Below are positions 12,831 to 21,697 of a stretch of 64,000 nucleotides of DNA, one piece after another. The first letter of the stretch is position 1. Each line of letters opens with the position of its first letter. The translations under genes were made by a program, and so were the position numbers. Source of the stretch: Brevinematia bacterium (GTDB lineage: Bacteria > Spirochaetota > Brevinematia > DTOW01). The notes beneath the pieces were generated by a model. That model saw only the letters and a list, made by a program, of their open reading frames with translations. It had not been told where the DNA came from and made no database searches. The DNA lies in the NCBI GenBank assembly GCA_039630355.1, contig JBCNVF010000013.1:1167-65166 (forward strand), given 5' to 3'.

Positions 12831-13622
12831 ATGATAAGTGTAGTGATAAATGGGTGTACTGGTAGAATGGGAGTTACTAATGTTAGAGTTTTTGCTGGGG
12901 ATGACTCTATAAGGATAGTTGGCGGAGTGGTTGAGCAAGGGAATCCAAATGTTGGTAAGGATCTAGGTGAGGTTGCTGGAATGGGTTCTATTGGTGTGAA
13001 GATAACAGACAATATTGAGGAGTGTATTGATAAGGCTGATGTTATTGTGGACTTTTCGGTTCCGCAGGCAACGAGTAATCTCATTGATGTGGCGTTAAAA
13101 TACAAGAAAAAACTGGTTATTGGGACTACGGGGCTTGACAAGGAGATAATTGAGAAGTTGAATCTTGCTTCAAAGGAAATTCCTATTGTTCAGAGTCCAA
13201 ACTTCAGTGTTGGGGTAAACCTTATGTTTGAGCTTGTTAGGAAAGCTGTGCAGGTGCTTGGAGAGGAGTTTGATGTAGAAATAGTTGAGATCCACCATAA
13301 CAAGAAAAAGGATTCACCTTCGGGAACAGCGCTTAAGCTCGTTGAGAGTATAAGGAGTGAGAGAGGGGATTATAAGGTGCTTTACGGTAGAGAAGGTATT
13401 GTTGGGGAGAGGCCTAAGAAAGAGATAGGAGTTTTTGCAGTAAGAGGGGGAGATGTTATTGGAGAGCATAATGTTATGTTTTTGGGCTATGGGGAAAGAT
13501 TTGAGATAGTACACAAGGCATCGTCAAGAGAGACATTTTCAAGAGGTGCACTAAGAGCAGTGAAGTTTGTATATACAAAAGATAAAGGTCTTTTCTCTAT
13601 GAGGGATGTTTTGGGGTTGTAA
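12831..13622 (+). CDS. dapB: 4-hydroxy-tetrahydrodipicolinate reductase
   Basis: INGCTGRMG NAD-binding N-terminus, VDFSVP, VIGTTG and EIVEIHHNKKKDSPSGTA catalytic region. Confidence 0.9.
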   Translation: MISVVINGCTGRMGVTNVRVFAGDDSIRIVGGVVEQGNPNVGKDLGEVAGMGSIGVKITDNIEECIDKADVIVDFSVPQATSNLIDVALKYKKKLVIGTTGLDKEIIEKLNLASKEIPIVQSPNFSVGVNLMFELVRKAVQVLGEEFDVEIVEIHHNKKKDSPSGTALKLVESIRSERGDYKVLYGREGIVGERPKKEIGVFAVRGGDVIGEHNVMFLGYGERFEIVHKASSRETFSRGALRAVKFVYTKDKGLFSMRDVLGL

Positions 13623-13629
13623 TTCCTGA

Positions 13630-14982
13630 CTACTTTACAAGCGTTATGATGTTAGTTTCGCTAAAGTTACCTCCTAGGTCCTCCAACCAGAATGCTACTT
13701 TAGTAACTTTGTTCTTTAGTTGCAGTGATAGATATTTGACTTCGTCAAAGACATCTTCGCTAACTAGCTCACCATTGAGTTTGTAATGTATGCGCTTTAC
13801 ACCACTGCCATATTCGCCGTCTGAAAACTCAACGAATACAGACACTATTGAGTCTTTTACTCTAAATTTCCCTTCAGAAACCTTGACCGAGTTTTCTACT
13901 TCTATTCTCCTAAAGAAAGGTTTTTCTCTGTCTAACTCGGAAGGTGAAACTCTAAATTTCAATTCTTCGTTTTTAAGGTTACAGCTTGTGTCCTTATATC
14001 TGATACTGCACTCGTAATCCCCCTCAGGGAGGGATAGATATACAACCTCATATGGATTTCTTTCGGATTCTCTGTTTAGTCCTATTAGGGGTGAAATGTT
14101 TGTAAGCACATTTTTGCCTTTGCTTATTACTAAGCTAGAGTTGCTAAAATCAATATCTGAGATATCCATAGGGTCAGACCATTTCAATTTGATCTTGTTA
14201 GTCCTATAGAAGGCAGAGTTGTTTGTTGGGAAAATGAACTTAAAGGTGGGAGGAGTCTTGTCAAAAGAGACTTTACTTGTAAATTCACTTTCACCAACTT
14301 TTATCAGATATTCACCTTCTTCGGAAAAGTTGTATTCAATGAAATGTAGACCTTTTATTCTCGCGACTTGTTGGGAGATTGTAAAGTTTGTTGTTTTACT
14401 TCCGATCTTGGTTATCATTGCTTCGCAGGGAGAGTGGTAGACAAAGAAGAATTGTATTTGTCTGAGGGGGGTTCTAGGAATCTCTATTTCTCTTAAACCC
14501 TCGGATATGATAATAGGATGCTGAAGATTCTTAGAGACTTGGAAGGAAATGTTTGTTTTGAATGTCGCTTTTTTACCTTCAAAAATGGTGAAGGAGACAG
14601 TTTGATTTTTGCCTTGGGGTAAGGTATAGGGGAAGGGGAGGAATAGTTTTATCTTATCTTGAGACAGTCTGTTGAATAAAACATCTTCTCCTATTGTGAA
14701 GGTCTGGGTTTTGTGGTTAGCCTTTATTGAAAGTTTTACTTTGTTGTGAGGATTGATACATCCGCATTCCTTTAGAAAGTATGAAATTTCTGCTATGAAT
14801 ATTGGGTTGGTGGGTATAGTGTTGGTGTAGTTGAGAATTTTGAATTCTTTGATAATGAAAGTTGAATGCAAATGTGAGAAGGAGTTTGTTATTCCTACTG
14901 TAAGGGTTAAAGTAGTAATGGCAAGCAAGAGAGATTTGTGCTTCACAACGAAATTATAGTAGCTTTCTTTGAAGATTTTCAA
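13630..14982 (-). CDS. Secreted/membrane-anchored hypothetical protein (450 aa)
   Basis: N-terminal TM/signal (LLLAITTLTLTVGI). Beta-rich with Ig-like character. No recognisable catalytic motif. Confidence 0.4.
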   Translation of the reverse strand: MKIFKESYYNFVVKHKSLLLAITTLTLTVGITNSFSHLHSTFIIKEFKILNYTNTIPTNPIFIAEISYFLKECGCINPHNKVKLSIKANHKTQTFTIGEDVLFNRLSQDKIKLFLPFPYTLPQGKNQTVSFTIFEGKKATFKTNISFQVSKNLQHPIIISEGLREIEIPRTPLRQIQFFFVYHSPCEAMITKIGSKTTNFTISQQVARIKGLHFIEYNFSEEGEYLIKVGESEFTSKVSFDKTPPTFKFIFPTNNSAFYRTNKIKLKWSDPMDISDIDFSNSSLVISKGKNVLTNISPLIGLNRESERNPYEVVYLSLPEGDYECSIRYKDTSCNLKNEELKFRVSPSELDREKPFFRRIEVENSVKVSEGKFRVKDSIVSVFVEFSDGEYGSGVKRIHYKLNGELVSEDVFDEVKYLSLQLKNKVTKVAFWLEDLGGNFSETNIITLVK

Positions 14983-15101
14983 AGAAGTTCTGTATAATGT
15001 GACTTTTAGTTTTTAGTTTTGTAGGTAGGTTGGATGGTAGATTGTTGAAATAGGGTGATTTTTACATACAAAATCTCACTAAAATTTTCGGAGGTGTTTG
15101 T

Positions 15102-16262
15102 ATGGGTATGTTGGTGAAATATCATCTTTATGCTCCTGGTCCGGTTGAGATACCGCCAGAGGTTCTTTCCGAGATGTCTAAACCTATTTTTCATCATAGG
15201 ACTTCTCATTTTAGTGAAGTTTTGGTTAATGCATGGGAAGGGCTAAAGTATATTTTCCAAACAAAACAACATGTGTATATTCTTGCTTCTTCTGGCACTG
15301 GGGCAATGAATGCTGCTGTTGAAAATACTCTCTCTGTTGGAGATAAAGTCATAGTTCTAAGTTTTGGTAAGTTTGGTGAGAGGTGGGAGAAGATATGTAA
15401 GGCATATGGCTTGAATGTAGTGACTCTAAAAAAAGATTATGGGTATTGTGTTGAACCTGAAGAAGTTGAAAAAGCTCTTAAAGAGAATCCCGAGACCAAA
15501 GCAGTATTGCTTCAGCACAGTGAAACTTCAACAGGTGTTGCCTGTGACCTTAGGAGTATTGCAAGTATTGTTTCACGCACTGAGGCTATGCTTATAGTGG
15601 ATGGTATTACTTCTGTAGGTTGTGATGAGGTTAAGATGGATGAATGGGGTATTGATGTGCTTGTTGCAGGGTCACAAAAATCTTTTATGCTTCCTCCTGG
15701 TCTTTCGTTTATTGCCTTATCTGAGAAAGCGAGAAGATATATGGAGAATTCTAACCTTCCGAAGTTTTACTTCAATTTAAAAGAAGAGGAAAAAGCTGTC
15801 GCTGATAAAACAACTGCCTGGACGCCAGGTATAACACTCATTATGGCTCTTAATAAATCTATTGAACTTATGAAGAAAGAAGGGCTTGAGAATGTAATAA
15901 AAAGACATACTGTCATTTCAGAAGCAGTTAGAGAAGGTGTTAAGGCTTTAAAACTTAACCTTTTCTGTAAATATAGACTTTTCTCAAAAGCAGTTACCGC
16001 TGTTGAAGTCCCTCAGGGAGTTGATGGAACACAAATACCTAAACTTATGAGAAACAAATATGGAGTTGAAATCGCTGGAGGGCAGGGCAGTATGAAAGGA
16101 CAAATTTTTAGGCTTGGACACCTTGGATATGTGGACAAAGGAGATGTTGTGGTTATGCTCCAAGCTTTAGAATTCACGCTTAAGGACCTAGGATACAAAT
16201 TTGAACCTGGGGTGAGTCTATCAGCTGCAAATAAAGTGCTCGTTGAAAAGTATGAGTTTTAA
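15102..16262 (+). CDS. Class V aminotransferase (serine-pyruvate/alanine-glyoxylate aminotransferase family)
   Basis: YAPGPVEIPPEV, HHRTS.F and the PLP-lysine region GSQKSFMLPPGLSF match the AGXT/SGAT family. Confidence 0.75.
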   Translation: MGMLVKYHLYAPGPVEIPPEVLSEMSKPIFHHRTSHFSEVLVNAWEGLKYIFQTKQHVYILASSGTGAMNAAVENTLSVGDKVIVLSFGKFGERWEKICKAYGLNVVTLKKDYGYCVEPEEVEKALKENPETKAVLLQHSETSTGVACDLRSIASIVSRTEAMLIVDGITSVGCDEVKMDEWGIDVLVAGSQKSFMLPPGLSFIALSEKARRYMENSNLPKFYFNLKEEEKAVADKTTAWTPGITLIMALNKSIELMKKEGLENVIKRHTVISEAVREGVKALKLNLFCKYRLFSKAVTAVEVPQGVDGTQIPKLMRNKYGVEIAGGQGSMKGQIFRLGHLGYVDKGDVVVMLQALEFTLKDLGYKFEPGVSLSAANKVLVEKYEF

Positions 16263-16299
16263 AACCTATACATATATAGCCTAAGAGCAGATCTTTTGA

Positions 16300-16345
16300 A
16301 GTTTCCAAAAGTTATGTTAACTTGTTTGTTTTCTCTCAAAGGAGA
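16300..16345 (+). repeat. Repeat family 1 copy c2a (core 16311-16328)
   Basis: GTTATGTTAACTTGTTTGTTTTCTCTC. Confidence 0.6.
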
Positions 16346-16389
16346 ACACTCCAGAGACACCAATAGATTATTTAAGAAAATTGGGGGGG

Positions 16390-16490
16390 GGAAAAATTAT
16401 GTTAACTTATTTGTTTTCCCCCCAATACACAACAACAAACAGCAACAAAAAAAGAAAAGCCAAACACCCAGAACCCACCAACATTTCCTA
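16390..16490 (+). repeat. Repeat family 1 copy c2b (core 16396-16413) with A/C-rich tail
   Basis: ATTATGTTAACTTATTTGTTTTCCCCCC followed by an A/C-rich tract. A G9 run lies immediately upstream. Confidence 0.6.
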
Positions 16491-16548
16491 GAATCTTCAA
16501 CAGAAGGACAATTAAAATTACTCACAGAACACTGTAAGGGGATAGAAG

Positions 16549-18462
16549 ATGGATAAAAAAGAGTTTCTCTTAAAAATAGAAGCTCCTCAGCATGCTGTAG
16601 ATATTCTTTCTACCGCTAAAAAAGTGAACATTGCTTTAACTGTTGAGGATCTATATAACCTAGTTGTTGAAGGTATGGAAAATGGTGTGAAGAAAGTTTT
16701 TTATGAGGTTGAGGAGAGGGGGGTAGTTCACGAAGCGGAAGTTATAAAAGTGAAGAACGGAATCGCTGTGAACTATGTGGAACCTTACATGAGAAGAAGA
16801 GACCCAAATAGTATGCTCATAGGGGACGATTTGCCTACTGACAAGCCTAGGTTTAAGGATACTATAGGATATGACTTCTCTTTGCTTCGTCAGAAAACTT
16901 TTGACTGGTTAAAGAGTCAAGAGTTAGCTACGTTTGTTTTTGGAGTAGGACAACTGGATCTAGGAATATATGGTCTGGTGATAGCTCCAGCTAATGCAGG
17001 GTTTTTTGGCCTTGCTTTGGCTACTCTTCAGAGAATCGAGGATGTCAGCAAATTTAGCGAGAGGAAGAAGATAAGTATTATTCTTTATGTTGCACCTCCA
17101 TTTAGGCATACAGTTTTTCAAGGTAAACAGAGAGTTGTTCACTTTAGAAGTGAGGGACTACACGAAATTTTCAGTTACAATCTCTATCCAGGGCCTAGTG
17201 CTAAAAAGGGGGTTTATTCAGCTTTGCTAGACATAGGAGAAAGAGAAGGATGGCTTACACTACATGCTTCCAGTGTGTTGGTTATAACCCCTTATGGGAA
17301 CAGAGTAGGTTTTTTGCATGAGGGGGCAAGTGGTGGTGGTAAGAGCGAGATGAATGAGAATATCCATAGAAGTGAGGATGGAAGGATACCATTTGCAGAG
17401 AATATTGTTACTGGTGAGAAGCTGAAGCTTTCTTTGCCCATATCGTGTAAGTTGAACCCTATTTCTGACGACATGACAATGTGTCATCCAAAGATTCAGA
17501 ACAATGATGGGGGACTTGTCGTTGTAGATGGTGAGAACGGTTGGTTTATAAGAGTTGACCACATAAAGAGGTATGGTACAGATCCTGACATTGAGAGACT
17601 TTCCATATATCCACCCAGGCCTTTGCTCTTTCTAAACCTTGATGCTAAACCGTATTCTACGGCACTATTGTGGGAGCATATTGAGGACGAACCTGGCAAG
17701 CCCTGCCCTAACCCTAGGTTTGTAGTGAGCAGAGAGTTGATAAGAAACATCATAACAAAACCTACCTACATTCATGTAAGAAGCTTTGGGATAAGAACAC
17801 CACCTTGCACCAAAGATAACCCAACCTATGGAATCGTTGGCGTTTTTCACGTATTGCCTCCAGCTATAGCTTGGATATGGAGGCTTGTTGCCCCGAGAGG
17901 GCATGCAAATCCAAGCATAGTTCAACTCGGTGCTACGCTTGAAGCTGAAGGGGTTGGCTCATATTGGCCTTTTGCAACTGGCAAGCAGGTCACACATGCA
18001 AACTTGATTCTGAAACAGATGATCAATACTCCTAAGGTTAAGTATATAGTTACTCCGAACCAACACATAGGTGCATGGAGGGTAGGATTCTTTGCTGAAT
18101 GGATAACTAGAGAGTATCTTGCTAGAAGGGGGGGAGTTAGGTTCTCAAAGGAGGAACTGGTGAAATCCAGAGGCGTGCTACTTGGGTACTCCCTGAAGGA
18201 ATTTATATTTGAAGGACAAGAGATTGACATCGGGTTTGTGAGAGTTGAGCTTCAGCCTCTAGTAGGTGAACAGGGGTATGATGAGGGATACAAGCAACTA
18301 TATGACTTCTTTGTAAGCAAAACACTACCATTTTATGAAAGTCCAGAACTAGACCCTATAGGTAAGAAAATTCTTTCCTGTCTCTACGATAAGGGAAGCA
18401 TTGAAGACTTTGAAAGTATACTAAATATTGAAAGTTTTGTTGATCTGGACAAGACAGGATAA
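16549..18462 (+). CDS. PEP-carboxykinase/HprK-fold P-loop protein of unknown function
   Basis: YPGPSAKKGVYSALLDIG..LTLHASS...FLHEGASGGGKSE parallels PEPCK kinase-1a (Y.GEMKKG.FS..NYLLP..G.L.MHCSAN...FFGLSGTGKTT). VVVDGENGWF parallels PEPCK IGDDEHGW. GKSE is as in HPr kinase. 637 aa is longer than ATP-PEPCK. Confidence 0.5.
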   Translation: MDKKEFLLKIEAPQHAVDILSTAKKVNIALTVEDLYNLVVEGMENGVKKVFYEVEERGVVHEAEVIKVKNGIAVNYVEPYMRRRDPNSMLIGDDLPTDKPRFKDTIGYDFSLLRQKTFDWLKSQELATFVFGVGQLDLGIYGLVIAPANAGFFGLALATLQRIEDVSKFSERKKISIILYVAPPFRHTVFQGKQRVVHFRSEGLHEIFSYNLYPGPSAKKGVYSALLDIGEREGWLTLHASSVLVITPYGNRVGFLHEGASGGGKSEMNENIHRSEDGRIPFAENIVTGEKLKLSLPISCKLNPISDDMTMCHPKIQNNDGGLVVVDGENGWFIRVDHIKRYGTDPDIERLSIYPPRPLLFLNLDAKPYSTALLWEHIEDEPGKPCPNPRFVVSRELIRNIITKPTYIHVRSFGIRTPPCTKDNPTYGIVGVFHVLPPAIAWIWRLVAPRGHANPSIVQLGATLEAEGVGSYWPFATGKQVTHANLILKQMINTPKVKYIVTPNQHIGAWRVGFFAEWITREYLARRGGVRFSKEELVKSRGVLLGYSLKEFIFEGQEIDIGFVRVELQPLVGEQGYDEGYKQLYDFFVSKTLPFYESPELDPIGKKILSCLYDKGSIEDFESILNIESFVDLDKTG

Positions 18463-18473
18463 ACTCAATTTGT

Positions 18474-20018
18474 TTGTCAATGAAAAAGATTGTTACGCTT
18501 TTTGTTGCAGTGGTAACTTTTCTAGATCCAGCGTATTGCTTTGAGGTTTGGATAAACTCTCAGGAACTTTCCCACTTTGACTACATTCAGGTAACTTTGA
18601 AAGGATGGAAAGGTGATAGCAGTGAACTAAGACTAGTCCTTTTGAAAGATGGAGGAACCTCTGTAGACCTTTTGGGTAGAGACACAGTTACCCCAAGACT
18701 GGTAGGTGAGGATCTAGTTTTCCTCTATATTCCTAACTACGGAGTTAGAGATGGGATTTACGAAATTTTAATCCTTTCTAATGATGTTGAGATTTTTAGA
18801 ACAAATGTAGTTTTCGTATCTCGTCAGCAGTTAAAACTCTGTGAGCCACTGAAGATTTTGACGTTTGAGGAGAATGTTTCTATTCTAAAGCTAGTGACTA
18901 ATAGGGGGAGAGTGAGCTACAAGGAGGTTGCTAATCTAATAAGTAGCTTGATGAAGAAGATTGGTTTAAACACCTTTGTAATACTTGGGGGACAGACTAC
19001 TTTCCTTAAAAACCCTAGGGAGGTTTGGTATTCAGGCGTTCTGTCTAACCTGAAAGTTCTGAAACATCTTAAGGAGGAGGGTATACAGACAGGTGCCTAC
19101 GTTATGTGTTTTCTCACTCTCGGACAAACTAAAAAGAATTCTTTCAAGGGATATCTTCCAAACCTGGTTTTCAGGGGAAAAAAGATAGAAGAAGATTACA
19201 AATACACTTCCATTTTATCTCACAGGAGGGTTGAGGATATTGTTGAGATTTTGACTTACCTTGGTAGAAGAAACGATATAGACTTCTTAGGACTTGATTT
19301 TATTAGAGTAGGTGATTACGGAGGATATGAGATGTTCTTTGATTTTTACGAAGAGATCTACTCTAAACTTAGCACTAATTCAGTTCCTTTTATTGCCCGC
19401 CCTAAGGGAAGGAGGAAGGAAGTAGAGGAGTTTGCTAAGCTTGTTTCGAGAAGGGAAGATGTGCGAAAGATCTTCAGGTGGTATCAGGCAGTGAGAGTGA
19501 GTAGAGTAATAAAAGCCATAAGAGACAAGCTGAGGGAGAGGGGAATAACTAAGCCAATTGTAGCTTTTATGTTAGGATGGAATGCTGGTAGAGAGCATGG
19601 GCAAGATCTCTTTATGTTCAGAGATGCAGGTGTAGACTATGCGTTTTACATGCTCTACGAATTCTACAATGACAGGATGTTTGAGGAAGCGGGAAACTAC
19701 TACCTTAGGTATGTTTACAACCTTGACACCAATATTGTATTCGGTAACATAATTGATTCTGTTCTGAATAGAGGTTCTAAGGGGCCTTTAAAGACTTTCT
19801 CTGAGAGGCTTAAGAAGTTCGTTACCTACTACTCTTATTTTCCCCCAAATGGATTTTTCTTCCATGACATTTACCGCCTCTACTTTGGAAGGTTAGGTTC
19901 TTTTAAAACAGAGGATTGGATAAAGGAGATAGAGGAAGCTGTTATGTTTATTGATGAAACAACCTTTTCAGAAAATAGGAGTTTTCCCGAAAAGACTACA
20001 CTTGGTAGCTCCGAGTGA
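18474..20018 (+). CDS. Secreted hypothetical protein (514 aa), possibly TIM-barrel/glycosidase-like
   Basis: N-terminal signal peptide. 12-bp gap to the upstream P-loop gene, so probably one operon. No confident domain assignment. Confidence 0.4.
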   Translation: MSMKKIVTLFVAVVTFLDPAYCFEVWINSQELSHFDYIQVTLKGWKGDSSELRLVLLKDGGTSVDLLGRDTVTPRLVGEDLVFLYIPNYGVRDGIYEILILSNDVEIFRTNVVFVSRQQLKLCEPLKILTFEENVSILKLVTNRGRVSYKEVANLISSLMKKIGLNTFVILGGQTTFLKNPREVWYSGVLSNLKVLKHLKEEGIQTGAYVMCFLTLGQTKKNSFKGYLPNLVFRGKKIEEDYKYTSILSHRRVEDIVEILTYLGRRNDIDFLGLDFIRVGDYGGYEMFFDFYEEIYSKLSTNSVPFIARPKGRRKEVEEFAKLVSRREDVRKIFRWYQAVRVSRVIKAIRDKLRERGITKPIVAFMLGWNAGREHGQDLFMFRDAGVDYAFYMLYEFYNDRMFEEAGNYYLRYVYNLDTNIVFGNIIDSVLNRGSKGPLKTFSERLKKFVTYYSYFPPNGFFFHDIYRLYFGRLGSFKTEDWIKEIEEAVMFIDETTFSENRSFPEKTTLGSSE

Positions 20019-20019
20019 G

Positions 20020-21303
20020 TTATGTATTTTTAAAGGTTTGTAAGATATCTTTGTAGATCCTAAAGCTTCCGAAGATTAAATAATTTTCGTTTTCTATGCA
20101 AATGTCCCTGACATCTTTAACAACTCTGATATTGCTAAATCCGAACCTCTTAAGATACTTTGAGAGTCTTTGACTACTACCTTTTGCTTCAATTTCAATT
20201 ATCTCTATTTTTCTGATACTACTCATATACTTAGAAAGGACCATTGATATCTTTTTCAGCTCCTTGTCTTTCATTAGTCCAACGATAATGCTGAAAGTCT
20301 GCTTTCCCAGAAGAGAAGCATAGTTACTGATGAGTTTATCAACCGATTTTGGAGTATGAGCAACATCAAAAACAACAAAAGGCTCCTTGCTAATAACCTC
20401 AAACCTTCCCTTGATTGTGAAATCAGTGTTACTTAACACAGATCTATCCAAAGGATACAGAATGTTAACAGCCTCGTAGGAGAGAAGAATATTTTCAATG
20501 AACTGCTCTCCTATCATTTTGGAATTTACACTGAATATAACACCACTTGGCAAGTGTTTTACAGTTGACGCTGTTCCTTCAAGTGAGGTTTTGGTTGATA
20601 ATATCTTATAGACCTCATCTATGAATACCACTCTAGAGTGGCTTGAAAGTGCTTTCTGAAGTATTACATTTCTTGCAGTTGCTTTTTGGTATGATGACAC
20701 GACTGGAACTGAAGGTTTTATTATGCCTGCTTTTTCTGTGGCAATTTTTTTTAAACTTCTTCCCAAAACGTTTGTATGATCGTAGTCAATTAGGGTTATT
20801 ACTGAAACCTTCGGGTTGCAGAAGTTGGTAGAGTCTAATCTTCCTCCTAGTCCAACTTCAAGGACCACATTGTCTACATTCGCTTTGTGAAAGTACACCA
20901 TAGCCATAACAGTTAGGAAATCAAAGGTTGTTAGGGGAATAGAACTTCTTTCCAAAAACTCTCGTACTTCACTTGCAAGTGAAGCAAAGTCTTCGTCACT
21001 TATGTTTTCTTCAATTCCATTTGAGAATACAGATATTCGCTCATTGACCTTAACAAGATGTGGAGAAGTAAACAATCCAACCTTGGTTTGGGCAAATTTT
21101 GAAAGTAGGAAGGAGGAAAAGTATGCTACAGTTCCTTTTCCCTTAGTTCCTGCTATATGAATTATGTTCTTTTTATTATACTCTACGCCAAGAAGATCCA
21201 AGGAAAGCTTAACGTTTTGGAATCCTTCTATTTGTCTGAATTTTCTTGAATTTTCAAAGTTAGTTAGAGAGTAGATGTAGTCAATTGACTCTTTGTAATT
21301 CAT
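20020..21303 (-). CDS. folC: Folylpolyglutamate synthase / dihydrofolate synthase
   Basis: IHIAGTKGKGT P-loop, TSPHL, ITLIDYDHTNVLG, and a Mur-ligase C-terminal domain (VFDVAHTPKSV). Confidence 0.8.
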   Translation of the reverse strand: MNYKESIDYIYSLTNFENSRKFRQIEGFQNVKLSLDLLGVEYNKKNIIHIAGTKGKGTVAYFSSFLLSKFAQTKVGLFTSPHLVKVNERISVFSNGIEENISDEDFASLASEVREFLERSSIPLTTFDFLTVMAMVYFHKANVDNVVLEVGLGGRLDSTNFCNPKVSVITLIDYDHTNVLGRSLKKIATEKAGIIKPSVPVVSSYQKATARNVILQKALSSHSRVVFIDEVYKILSTKTSLEGTASTVKHLPSGVIFSVNSKMIGEQFIENILLSYEAVNILYPLDRSVLSNTDFTIKGRFEVISKEPFVVFDVAHTPKSVDKLISNYASLLGKQTFSIIVGLMKDKELKKISMVLSKYMSSIRKIEIIEIEAKGSSQRLSKYLKRFGFSNIRVVKDVRDICIENENYLIFGSFRIYKDILQTFKNT

Positions 21304-21374
21304 TATTGAAATTATACAAATTTCCAAGTCTTTCTTGCTTTCTTAATGCAAATGCTTAATAAATTCCAATTTTG

Positions 21375-21440
21375 GTTGGTAACTAAGCAAGATTCTAAAC
21401 TTTTTGCTTAATTACTCTCTTTGGTTCCAGATAGTGCTCG
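21375..21440 (+). repeat. Repeat family 2 partial copy F
   Basis: GGTAACTAAGCAAGATTCTAAACTTTTTGCTTAATTAC...CCAGATAGTG closely parallels copy D. Confidence 0.5.
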
Positions 21441-21697
21441 TTTATTGCAAGATTTGACCCCATACCAAGCATTCTAGGTGCTTGCTAAAAGAAGTGTTTA
21501 CCCAGCTACAACAGAGATTGTGGGGGAAATATAGAGAAGACTAATCTCAGTTGTAAATCTTGGATTTTATTGTAGAGGGAAACCATACCTACGTCAGGTT
21601 TTAGGAGCTGCTGTTTCTGGAGATCAAAAAGATCAAAAATGTTGATAAAAAACTTTTAGGATTTAAAATATATAGAAAAGTTTGAGGAGGTTTAGTT

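Noticed and set aside
16296-16556. 86-aa ORF in the aminotransferase/P-loop intergenic region
   Set aside because: It is translated across the two repeat copies and the homopolymer and A/C-rich tract (QQQKKKSQTPRTHQ...). It is almost certainly non-coding.
21622-21641. Short tandem GATCAAAAA-GATCAAAAAT upstream of ppdK
   Set aside because: Only two units in an A-rich promoter region, which is likely compositional. Noted but not scored.
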